Shown here piece after piece: positions 51,171-59,631 of a DNA stretch of 64,000 nucleotides (positions are counted from its first letter, which is position 1; each line of letters opens with the position of its first letter). Below the pieces are notes generated by a model. That model was not told where the DNA came from and searched no databases. It worked only from the letters and a program-made list of their open reading frames with translations. This DNA is from Maritimibacter sp. (GTDB taxonomy: Bacteria > Pseudomonadota > Alphaproteobacteria > Rhodobacterales > Rhodobacteraceae): the NCBI GenBank assembly GCA_964230745.1, contig CAXRHZ010000041.1:87280-151279 (forward strand), in the 5' to 3' direction. A program made the position numbers and the translations under genes.

Positions 51171-52313
51171 TCAGGCCCCCCTGGGAAGGTTGAGGTGACG
51201 GCGCGCCACGAGGTTGAGCTGGATCTCGGCGGCGCCGGCGGCGATGCCCGTGACGATGGCGCGTTCGTGGTGGGCCTGGAACGCGGGATGTTCGTCACCC
51301 GAATAGCAGTCGGGCAGGAAGTCCATTCCGAAATCCGTCACCTTGTGATCCGCCTCCACCACCGCCACGCGGGCGAGGTTCGCGGCGGTTCCCGGCGGCA
51401 CGCCGCGGGCCCGTTCGTCCACGACCCGGTAGACCAGCATCCGTGCTGCATCGCAGGCCATCGCGGCTTCGGCTGCGCGTCCGCGCACGAGCGCGTTGCC
51501 GAAACCGCCCCGCGCTTTCAGCTCCGCGACCATCGCGTCGAGCTCACGCGCCGACATCTCGTAGCGGGGGATGCCGACGCGTTCGTTCGAGAGGGCGTAG
51601 GAGATGATGGTCCAGCCTTCGCCTTCTTCCCCCAGCATGGCCGAGGCCGGGACGCGCACGTCGGTGAAGAACACCTCGTGGATGTCGCCATGTCCGATCA
51701 GGCTCGGGATCGCGCGCACCTCGATCCCCGGCGTGTCCATCGGGAGGAGGAAGATCGCGATGCCGCCGCGCCCCTCGCCGGTGCGGGCCAGCAGGAAACA
51801 GGTGTCGGCGAGGCCGGCGTAGGAGGTCCAGATCTTCTGCCCGTTGATGACGTAGTCGTCGCCGTCGCGCAACGCGCGGGTGCGCAGGCTCGCGAGGTCG
51901 GATCCCGCGCCGGGTTCCGAGAAGCCCTGGCACCAGATCGCGCGGCCTTCGGCCATGGGGGGGAGATAGCGGCGTTTCTGTTCGTCCGAGCCGTAGCGCA
52001 TCAGGACCGGGCCGATCCAGTTGACGTTCATGTATTGCCCGCCGCGCGGCTCGCCCGCCGCCCACATCTCTTCGCCCAGGATGAAATGCTCCCACGTTGG
52101 CCGGTCCGCGCCGCCCCAGTCCGCGGGCCAGTGCGGCACGAGAAGCCCCGCTTCGGCGAGTTTCGGGCAGAAATCGAGGCTGAACTCGGTCTGTTCGCGT
52201 GACCCGGGCCCGTGGCGTGCGATACTCTGCCAGTCGCCGGGCAATTCGCGCGCGAGGAAGTCGCGCACCTTGGCGCGGAAAGCGTCGTTTTCCTCCGACC
52301 ACGCGAAGTCCAT
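51171..52313 (-). CDS. acyl-CoA dehydrogenase, long (putative catalytic) subunit
   Basis: WCQGFSEPGAGSDLASL, NGQKIWTS, LSNERV, IAAGAAEIQLN. Confidence 0.92.
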   Translation of the reverse strand: MDFAWSEENDAFRAKVRDFLARELPGDWQSIARHGPGSREQTEFSLDFCPKLAEAGLLVPHWPADWGGADRPTWEHFILGEEMWAAGEPRGGQYMNVNWIGPVLMRYGSDEQKRRYLPPMAEGRAIWCQGFSEPGAGSDLASLRTRALRDGDDYVINGQKIWTSYAGLADTCFLLARTGEGRGGIAIFLLPMDTPGIEVRAIPSLIGHGDIHEVFFTDVRVPASAMLGEEGEGWTIISYALSNERVGIPRYEMSARELDAMVAELKARGGFGNALVRGRAAEAAMACDAARMLVYRVVDERARGVPPGTAANLARVAVVEADHKVTDFGMDFLPDCYSGDEHPAFQAHHERAIVTGIAAGAAEIQLNLVARRHLNLPRGA

Positions 52314-52322
52314 GTGGTAACT

Positions 52323-52339
52323 CTCCCATTATGTGAGAC
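52323..52339. promoter_or_regulatory. 17-bp operator-like motif, copy in the divergent ACAD promoter region
   Basis: CTCCCATTATGTGAGAC overlapping the RBS of the minus-strand ACAD; weaker copy at 52480-52496. Confidence 0.55.
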
Positions 52340-52365
52340 ATATGTGCCTCAAGCGGATGCCATCG

Positions 52366-52433
52366 AACATGCCGAGGCGTTCTGCCACTGTCAACAGCTC
52401 GCAGCTTGACCTTATGTTTCTAGTGAGTATAGC
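52366..52433. promoter_or_regulatory. back-to-back sigma70-like promoters
   Basis: Minus strand TTGACA (52394-52389) N17 CATGTT; plus strand TTGACC (52406-52411) N16 TATAGC. Confidence 0.45.
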
Positions 52434-52516
52434 CTGCCCCTGCCGTGTCGGGATGCATTCCGGCGCATGGTGCTCGACCATATCACTATATGGAACGAAT
52501 GGGCGACGGGAGGAAT

Positions 52517-53647
52517 ATGGAACTCACGCCGACAACGGAAGACGCGGCTTTCCGCGCTGCTGCGCGCGACTGGCTCATGGCCAATCGCCCAGAGGGACCC
52601 GCGCCGCGCGAAGGGCGGGCGGCGCGCGACTACGCTACCGACTGGCTTGCACGGTGCCACGAGGGTGGCTGGTCCGGGCTCGCATGGCCCGCGGACTACG
52701 GCGGGCAGGGGCTTTCGCCCGCGCGGCTCATCACTTGGTACGAGGAATACGTGCGCGCCCGGGCGCCATCGGCGCTGGACTGCACCTTCGTCGCGCTGAA
52801 CCACGCAGGGCCGACAGTAATCGCGCGCGGGACCGAGGAGCAGAAGGCCTTCCACCTGCCGCGAATCCTCGAGGGCCGGTCGATCTGGTGCCAGGGGTTT
52901 TCCGAACCGGGGGCGGGATCGGACCTCGCCAGCCTGCGCACGACGGGGCGGGTCGAGGGCAACGAACTGGTGGTCAACGGTCAGAAGATCTGGTCGAGCT
53001 ATGCCGATGTCGCAGATTACCAGGAGCTTCTGATCCGCACCGAGCCGGGGTCGTCGCGCCACAAGGGCCTGTCCTGGGTGATCTGCGACATGAGCCTGCC
53101 CGGGATCACCGTCCGCCCGATCGCGAACATGGCGGGCGTCACGCATTTCGCCGAAGTGTTCTATGACGACGTGCGTATCCCGCTCTCGGACGTGGTGGGC
53201 GATCTGCACGACGGCTGGTCCGTGGCGATGACCACGCTCGCCTTCGAGCGACGCACTGCCGCGCTCGCCCTGCAACTGGAGTTGTCGGTGAAGGTCGAAG
53301 ACCTGATCGCGCTGGCCGAGGCACCCGCCGGCTCCGCGACCGCCGAACGCCTCGCCGATCTCAGGGCCGAGGCCGCGGCGATCCGCGCGATGACATGGCG
53401 CACAGCGTTACGCGAACCGGCGACACCCTTCGACGGGTCGCTCGTCCGGCTGAGTTTCGCGGAACTGGCGCAGCGGGTGCACCGGGCCACGATGGACGTG
53501 TTGGGCCCTGCCGGGCTGACCGACAGCGACTGGTCGCACGCCTATCTCGAAAGCTATTCGGAAACCATCGCCGGGGGGACCGCCGAAATCCAGCGCAACA
53601 TCATCGCCGAGCGGTTCCTGGGCCTGCCGAGGGAGCCGCGCACATGA
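52517..53647 (+). CDS. acyl-CoA dehydrogenase, long (putative catalytic) subunit
   Basis: WCQGFSEPGAGSDLASL, NGQKIWSS, LAFERR, IAGGTAEIQRNIIAERFLGLPREP; RBS GGGAGG. Confidence 0.92.
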   Translation: MELTPTTEDAAFRAAARDWLMANRPEGPAPREGRAARDYATDWLARCHEGGWSGLAWPADYGGQGLSPARLITWYEEYVRARAPSALDCTFVALNHAGPTVIARGTEEQKAFHLPRILEGRSIWCQGFSEPGAGSDLASLRTTGRVEGNELVVNGQKIWSSYADVADYQELLIRTEPGSSRHKGLSWVICDMSLPGITVRPIANMAGVTHFAEVFYDDVRIPLSDVVGDLHDGWSVAMTTLAFERRTAALALQLELSVKVEDLIALAEAPAGSATAERLADLRAEAAAIRAMTWRTALREPATPFDGSLVRLSFAELAQRVHRATMDVLGPAGLTDSDWSHAYLESYSETIAGGTAEIQRNIIAERFLGLPREPRT

Positions 53648-54555
53648 GTTATGACCTGACGCCGGGCGAAGACCTGCGCCAGATCCTCGACGCCGCCGAG
53701 GCGATGCTGGCGACGCATTATCCCGTGGCGCGTCTGCGGGAGGGGGCAGGGGACGACCTTGCCCCGCTCGAAGAGTTCGGGGCCTTCGCGCTCGCCCTGC
53801 CGGAGGCGGACGGGGGCGCGGGGTTCACCCTCGTGGAAGAGGCGCAGTTGCATGTCGCGCTGGGCCGGCACCTCGTCAGTCCCCGCGCCCTTGCCACCGC
53901 GCTCGCCCGGCGGATCGACGGGCAGGCGACGGCCTGCGCCGGGGTCGTGGACGGCGCGGACTGGCTCGCTCTCGGTCCGGACGGGGCGGAGACGATCCTC
54001 GTGCGGACCAAAGACGGGCTCGTTCTGTCGGCCCTGGGTCAGGCCAAGCAGGTCGAGTCGCTGGGCCACGGCCTGCCACTCGCCCGTGTCGCGCCCGGTG
54101 CAGACAACCGGCGGGCGGACGAGACGATGCTGGGCGTCGCGCGACTGCTTACTTCGGCGCAGCTTCTGGGGGTTGCGATGGGCGCCGCGGACCTCGCCGT
54201 GGACTACGCGAAGACGCGGGAGCAGTTCGGGCGGCCCATCGGCAGTTTCCAGGCGATCAAGCATCATGCCGCGGACATGGCGATGGGGGTCGAACAGGTC
54301 TCGGCGCTGATCGACATGGCCGCCATCGCCCTGCGCGACGGGCACGACGATGCGCGGTTCCAGCTCGCGGCGCTGGCGCGGCTCGCCCCGCGCGTGGCGC
54401 TGGCCAACGCGCGCACGGGCATCCAGATCCACGGCGGCATCGGCTTCTCCGCCGAGGCCGACGCGCAGCTCTATCTCAAGCAGGCGCACCTCCTGCGCCA
54501 GTTCCTCGGAGCGGACGACCTGATGGAGGCCGCCGCGCCGCTCACGCCCTACTGA
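53644..54555 (+). CDS. acyl-CoA dehydrogenase, short (putative non-catalytic) subunit
   Basis: 303 aa; YAKTREQFGRPIGSFQAIKH, QIHGGIGFS.E; ATGA overlap with the upstream ACAD. Confidence 0.85.
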   Translation: MSYDLTPGEDLRQILDAAEAMLATHYPVARLREGAGDDLAPLEEFGAFALALPEADGGAGFTLVEEAQLHVALGRHLVSPRALATALARRIDGQATACAGVVDGADWLALGPDGAETILVRTKDGLVLSALGQAKQVESLGHGLPLARVAPGADNRRADETMLGVARLLTSAQLLGVAMGAADLAVDYAKTREQFGRPIGSFQAIKHHAADMAMGVEQVSALIDMAAIALRDGHDDARFQLAALARLAPRVALANARTGIQIHGGIGFSAEADAQLYLKQAHLLRQFLGADDLMEAAAPLTPY

Positions 54556-54566
54556 AAGGACAGATC

Positions 54567-55370
54567 ATGCGAACCGCCCTCATCACCGGCGCGTCGAGCG
54601 GTATCGGCCTCGCCACCGCGCGCAAGTTCCTGAGCGAAGGCGTGGCGGTTGTGGGCGTCGCCCGCAGCGCAGACAAGCTCGCCGCCGCGGTCGAGAGCTG
54701 CGCCGATCTGCCGGGCAGGATGGTGCCCTGCGCGCTCGACATCACGGCGGACGATGGGCCCGCGCGGGCGGTGAAGGCGGCGCTCGACGAATTCGGCCGG
54801 CTCGATCACCTCGTCAACAACGCCGGGATCGGAAGCCCGGAGCCGGTCCACAGCACGGACGACGAGACGCTCGACCGTTTCCTCGACATCATGCTGCGCG
54901 CACCCTTCCGGCTTGCGCGCGAGGCGCTCGCGGCGTTCGGTGAGATCGCGACCATCGTGAACGTCTCCTCCACATACGCGATCGTGGGGGGGCTGCGCGG
55001 CGGGGCCTACTCGGCGGCCAAGGCCGGGCTGAACGGGCTCACGCTCCACATGGCGGCGCAATACGGTTCCTCCGGCGTCCGGTCGAACGCGGTCGCGCCG
55101 GGCGTAATCCCGACACCCATGACGGAGCACCGACTAGAGGTCGAAGCGTTCCGGCGCATGAACCACGACATGACGCCCGCTGCCCGCTGGGGCACGGTCG
55201 AGGACGTGGCCGAGGCGATCTGGTTCCTGTCCTCGCCCGCTTCGGGCTGGATCAACGGTCAGGTCCTTGCCGTCGATGGCGGCTGGACCTCGACCAAGTT
55301 CCTGACCGAGGCGGCCTTGTCGGCGGAGCGCGTCCTGCGCCCGGTGGACTGGAGCCATTCCGGGCGCTGA
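54567..55370 (+). CDS. short-chain dehydrogenase/reductase
   Basis: TGASSGIG, NNAG, NVSS, YSAAK, APGVI.T. Confidence 0.93.
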   Translation: MRTALITGASSGIGLATARKFLSEGVAVVGVARSADKLAAAVESCADLPGRMVPCALDITADDGPARAVKAALDEFGRLDHLVNNAGIGSPEPVHSTDDETLDRFLDIMLRAPFRLAREALAAFGEIATIVNVSSTYAIVGGLRGGAYSAAKAGLNGLTLHMAAQYGSSGVRSNAVAPGVIPTPMTEHRLEVEAFRRMNHDMTPAARWGTVEDVAEAIWFLSSPASGWINGQVLAVDGGWTSTKFLTEAALSAERVLRPVDWSHSGR

Positions 55371-55379
55371 GATTACGCG

Positions 55380-57392
55380 TCAGCGCTTGTCTGCCAGCCG
55401 GTTCGCCGCGAACTCCGCGAACCAGTCGAGGGCTGCGGGATTGCGAGTCGCATCCTTCGAGGCGACCTTTTCAGGCGCTTCACCGAGGAGCATGCGGCGC
55501 ACCGGCACCTCCATCTTCTTGCCCGTAAGGGTCGTGGGGATTTCCGGGACCGCGACGATCACGTCCGGCACGTGGCGCGGCGAGCGTTCGCTGCGCAGGC
55601 GGCGCACGATTTCCGCCTCGGTGTCCGGGGTGAAGGATGTGCCCGGCGCCATCTGGACGAAAAGCGGCATGTAGTAGCCTCCGCCTTCCTCCTCGATGCA
55701 GACGATCAGGCTGTCTGCGATCTCCTCGAACCCTTCCACGGTGCGGTAGATCTCGGCCGACCCGATGCGCACGCCGAAGCGGTTGAGCGTCGCGTCGGAG
55801 CGCCCCAGCACGTAGGAGCCGCCGCGCGCGTTGAACCGCACCCGGTCGCCGTGGCGCCAGATGCCCGGATACATGTCGAAATAGCTGTCGTGGTAGCGGC
55901 TGAAATCCGGGTCGCCCCAGAGAAAGAGCGGCATGGACGGCATCGGCTGCCGCATCACGAGTTCGCCCACCTCGCCGGTCGGGGCGGGTTTGCCGCTCTC
56001 GTCCAAGGCGGTGGCATCGCAGCCGAGCGCGGGGGCCTGTATCTCGCCCGCATGGGCGGGGAGGAGCGGGGATCCGGCGAGGATGCCCGAGCAGATTTCC
56101 GTGCCGCCAGATTGGGATGTGGCGTAGATGTCCGCTTTGATCGCGTCATGGACCCAGGCGAGAATCTCGGGCGTGACGGGGGAGCCGGTGAGGAGGATCG
56201 TCTCCAGCGGGGCGATGTCGAATTCTTCGCCGGGCCGGATGCCCTGGCCGCGCACCATCTGCATGAAGGTGGGTGAAACGCCGAAGGTGGTCACGCCGGT
56301 CTCTGCCATGAGCCGCCAGAGCGCACGGGCGTCCGGATATGTCGGGTGGCCGTCGTAGAGCGTCACGCATCCGTTCAGCATCGGGCCCATCATCAGCGTG
56401 TTCCAGACCATCCACCCGGTCGTGGAATAGCAGAACTGCACCGCGCCCTCGTGCATGTCGAGGTGGAAGGCACCGGACTTCAGGTGCTCCAGCACGATCC
56501 CGTGGTGCCCGTGGACGATGGGCTTGGGGAGCCCCGTGGTTCCGGAGGAGAACAGCGTCCAAAGCGGGTGGTCCGAGGGGACGCGGATGTATTCGAACGC
56601 CTCGCGGGGCACGTCGGGCCCGTCGAGGAGGCTCTCCCATGCCAGCGTCTTGCCGGGAAATGCCGGGGACCCCGCGTTGGGCAGGTAGTCGAGCAGGACC
56701 AGCGTTTCGGCGCTGGGCAGATGGTCGAAGATGCGCTCGAGTTCGCTCGTGCGGTCGTGGTCCTTGCCGCCGTAGCGGTAGCCGTTCACCGCGAAGACCA
56801 GCTTGGGTTCGATCTGGCCGAACCGGTCGATCACCGTCTGCGCGCCGAACTCGGGCGCGGCGGAGGCCCAGGTCGCCCCGATCGCGGTGGTCGCGAGCAT
56901 GGCGACGACGGTTTCGGGGATATTGGGCATGTAGGCCACGATCCGGTCGCCGGGGACGATGCCCATCTCGCGCAGGCGTGTCGCCAGGCGACGCACTGCG
57001 CCCGCGATATCGGCCCAGCTCAGCCAGGCCACGTCGGGGCGCGTTTCGGACATGTGCGCGATCATCGGTCGGGCCGGGTCGCCCGTCGCCTCGTGGCGCA
57101 GGACGTGTTCGGCGTAGTTGAGCCGGGTGCCGGTGAACCAACGGGTATGCGGCATCGGGTCGTCGGTCATCACCGCGTCCATCTCGCCGTCGTGGATGAT
57201 GTCGAAATAGTCCCAGACCGCGCGCCAGAAGCCCGGCACATCCTCGACCGACCAGCGCCAAAGGTCAAAGTAGCCTTCGAATTCCTTGCCGCGCTCGGTT
57301 GCGAGCCAGTTCAGGAACCGGGTGGTCTCGACGCGGGCCCGGCGCTCGTCGTTGGCGCGCCAGAGTTCCTGGCCTTCTGTCACTTCGGTCAT
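55380..57392 (-). CDS. acetoacetate--CoA ligase
   Basis: LWRWSVED...FW, LNYAEH.LR, FSSGTTGLPKPIVH.H.G, WMVWN, SGGTEI, WRHGD, GRSDATLNRFGVRIG, GKKMEVPV. Confidence 0.92.
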   Translation of the reverse strand: MTEVTEGQELWRANDERRARVETTRFLNWLATERGKEFEGYFDLWRWSVEDVPGFWRAVWDYFDIIHDGEMDAVMTDDPMPHTRWFTGTRLNYAEHVLRHEATGDPARPMIAHMSETRPDVAWLSWADIAGAVRRLATRLREMGIVPGDRIVAYMPNIPETVVAMLATTAIGATWASAAPEFGAQTVIDRFGQIEPKLVFAVNGYRYGGKDHDRTSELERIFDHLPSAETLVLLDYLPNAGSPAFPGKTLAWESLLDGPDVPREAFEYIRVPSDHPLWTLFSSGTTGLPKPIVHGHHGIVLEHLKSGAFHLDMHEGAVQFCYSTTGWMVWNTLMMGPMLNGCVTLYDGHPTYPDARALWRLMAETGVTTFGVSPTFMQMVRGQGIRPGEEFDIAPLETILLTGSPVTPEILAWVHDAIKADIYATSQSGGTEICSGILAGSPLLPAHAGEIQAPALGCDATALDESGKPAPTGEVGELVMRQPMPSMPLFLWGDPDFSRYHDSYFDMYPGIWRHGDRVRFNARGGSYVLGRSDATLNRFGVRIGSAEIYRTVEGFEEIADSLIVCIEEEGGGYYMPLFVQMAPGTSFTPDTEAEIVRRLRSERSPRHVPDVIVAVPEIPTTLTGKKMEVPVRRMLLGEAPEKVASKDATRNPAALDWFAEFAANRLADKR

Positions 57393-57610
57393 GCGGGGCC
57401 TTTCCGTTGGTATGAGTTGTGCGGGAGGGCGCGGCTGGCCCGGTGTGCTGGTGTGCACGGCGTCTGGTCCAAAGTTGCCTCCCGTCTTGCGCGATCCTCC
57501 GACGCGCCGGGCGAGTATGGCGCGGGGACCGGGTGGCCGCCAGCCCCCGCGTCGCGTCGCGGTTGCCGGCCTGACGGCTTCGCGGCAGGATGAACGCGAT
57601 GGGAGAGGAC

Positions 57611-58102
57611 ATGAGCGAAATACACGAAGGGGGATGCCTGTGCGGACGCGTCCGTTACCGCACGACCGGCGCCCCGGTGCGGGCCGGCGTGTGCCATTGC
57701 CGGTATTGCCAGACCCGCAGCGGGAGCGCCTTCGGCCTCTCGGTCTATTTCGACCCCAAGCAGGTCGAGCACCTCTCCGGCGATTTGACCGACTACAGCT
57801 TCACCAGCGAGAGCGGCCGCGCGTTCAGCACGCGCTTCTGTGCCCGGTGCGGCACGACGGTATTCTGGTCGCTCGAACTGTTCGGCGACGCGGTGGCGGT
57901 TGCGGGCGGCACGTTCGACCCGCCGACGTTCTGGTACGACATCGGGCGCGAGGTGTTCTGTCGCAGCCAGGCGCCCTTTGTCCGGATCGACGCCGGGGAA
58001 AGCCACGCGACGAGTGCCAGTCATGCCCCGGACCGCGCCGAGCGCCCGGAGCTTTCGGGGCAGGTGGGCGGGGAAGGTGAACATTCCCGTCAGGGTAGTT
58101 GA
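57611..58102 (+). CDS. GFA/CENP-V family Zn-binding protein
   Basis: GGCLCG.VRY, CHCRYCQ, RFCARCG. Confidence 0.9.
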   Translation: MSEIHEGGCLCGRVRYRTTGAPVRAGVCHCRYCQTRSGSAFGLSVYFDPKQVEHLSGDLTDYSFTSESGRAFSTRFCARCGTTVFWSLELFGDAVAVAGGTFDPPTFWYDIGREVFCRSQAPFVRIDAGESHATSASHAPDRAERPELSGQVGGEGEHSRQGS

Positions 58103-58198
58103 CGGATGCCCGCCGGATTGGTTTCCTGACCCGGATCCGGCCGGGAAACGCGCGGCGGGACACCGGCCCGCGAGAGGCCGCTCAACTGGGAGGAAATC

Positions 58199-59158
58199 AT
58201 GAAGCTATTCAAGGCCGCTTTGGCCACTGCCGTCCTTTCGGCGACACCGCTTGTCGCCCAGACTCCGCTCTCCGTCGCCACCGGCGGCACCGGGGGCGTC
58301 TACTACCCGATGGGCGGCGGCCTTGCCGAAGTCATCAACAACCATGTCGAGGGCTACTCGGCCACAGCAGAAGTCACCGGCGCCTCGGTGGAGAACATGG
58401 GCCTCGTCGCCACGGGTGACGCGGACCTCGCCATCGGGCTTGCCGACACCGTCTACCAGGCGCGCACCGGTACGGGCCGGTTCGAGGGGCAGCAGCTCGA
58501 GATGGTGCACGGCATCGCCTCGCTCTATGCCAACATGATCCAGATCGTCACGCTTGCCGACAGCGGCATCACCTCGCTCGACGACCTTGCCGGCAAGCGG
58601 GTCTCCATCGGCGCGCCGGGTTCGGGCACCGAAGTGAACGCCGAGCAGGTGCTCACCGCCGCCGGCATCAGCTATGACGACATCGAGGAGCAGCGCCTCA
58701 ACTTCAACGAGACCGCCGACGCGCTCGCCAACGGCGACATCGACGCGGGCTTCTGGAGCGTGGGCGCTCCGACCTCGTCGATCCTGAACCTCGCTACCAC
58801 GCAGGACATCGTCGTGATCGAACTCACCGACGAACAGATCGCGGCGGCGCAGGAGGCCCAGCCGCTCTTCGCCCGCACGACCCTGTCCGCCGGCATCTAC
58901 GACGGTGTGGACGAGGATGTGACCGTGCTGGGCGTGCCCAACGTGCTCGTCGCCTCCTCGGAAATGTCCGAGGACCTCGCCTACGAGATCACCAAGGCGA
59001 TGTTCGAGAACATCGCGGACCTGCAGGCGGTGCACCCGGCGGCGAACCAGACCACGGTCGAGTTCACGCTGTCGGCCACGCCGATCCCGCTGCATCCCGG
59101 TGCCCTGCGCTACTACGAGGAAACCGGCGCGGACATCCCGGACAAGCTGCGTCCGTGA
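58199..59158 (+). CDS. TAXI family TRAP substrate-binding protein
   Basis: ATGGTGGVYYPMG, TGASVEN, SIGAPGSGTE, PLHPGA..YY. Confidence 0.93.
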   Translation: MKLFKAALATAVLSATPLVAQTPLSVATGGTGGVYYPMGGGLAEVINNHVEGYSATAEVTGASVENMGLVATGDADLAIGLADTVYQARTGTGRFEGQQLEMVHGIASLYANMIQIVTLADSGITSLDDLAGKRVSIGAPGSGTEVNAEQVLTAAGISYDDIEEQRLNFNETADALANGDIDAGFWSVGAPTSSILNLATTQDIVVIELTDEQIAAAQEAQPLFARTTLSAGIYDGVDEDVTVLGVPNVLVASSEMSEDLAYEITKAMFENIADLQAVHPAANQTTVEFTLSATPIPLHPGALRYYEETGADIPDKLRP

Positions 59159-59631
59159 CGGCGAAAATCGGGGGAGCGCTCGCTGCGCTCCTCCTTCCGC
59201 TGACCGCATCCCCCGGCCTTGGAGGAACGCTGACCGCGTCGCTCGCCGCGACCGGGGAGGTTCTGGCCGAGGTCCGGGTCGCGCCGGGTGACGGCTGGTG
59301 CGTGCTCTGGCGCCATTCGGTACAGGGGTTCGAGGTCGAGGATTGTTACGAGAACCGGGCGGGGCGGATGGTCCTACACCGCTCGCACCTGCCCGATTTC
59401 GCCGCCGGTCTGGACCATATCCCCGGGCGCGGGCGGCAGGTATCGGACGGGCAGGGGGGCTACTGGATCGAGGATCTCGACGAACCCGTGCCCGGCAACG
59501 CCTATATCCTGCGCCCCGGCACGATGAAGGTCGATCACCGGCTGCGCGCGGGGGACACCGAGATTTCCCTGTCGGCGCTCGCCGCCCATGAACGGGTGCG
59601 CATCGCGCTCGCACCGGACGAGGACATATGA
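59155..59631 (+). CDS. DUF1850-like TAXI accessory protein
   Basis: WRHSV....VEDCY, PDFAAGL; overlaps both neighbors. Confidence 0.8.
   Translation: MTAKIGGALAALLLPLTASPGLGGTLTASLAATGEVLAEVRVAPGDGWCVLWRHSVQGFEVEDCYENRAGRMVLHRSHLPDFAAGLDHIPGRGRQVSDGQGGYWIEDLDEPVPGNAYILRPGTMKVDHRLRAGDTEISLSALAAHERVRIALAPDEDI

Noticed and set aside
41218-57392. Canonical steroid (HIP) degradation cluster
   Set aside because: No IpdAB-type CoA-transferase, thiolase, KstD or ring oxygenase in the window; only the ACAD architecture is shared.
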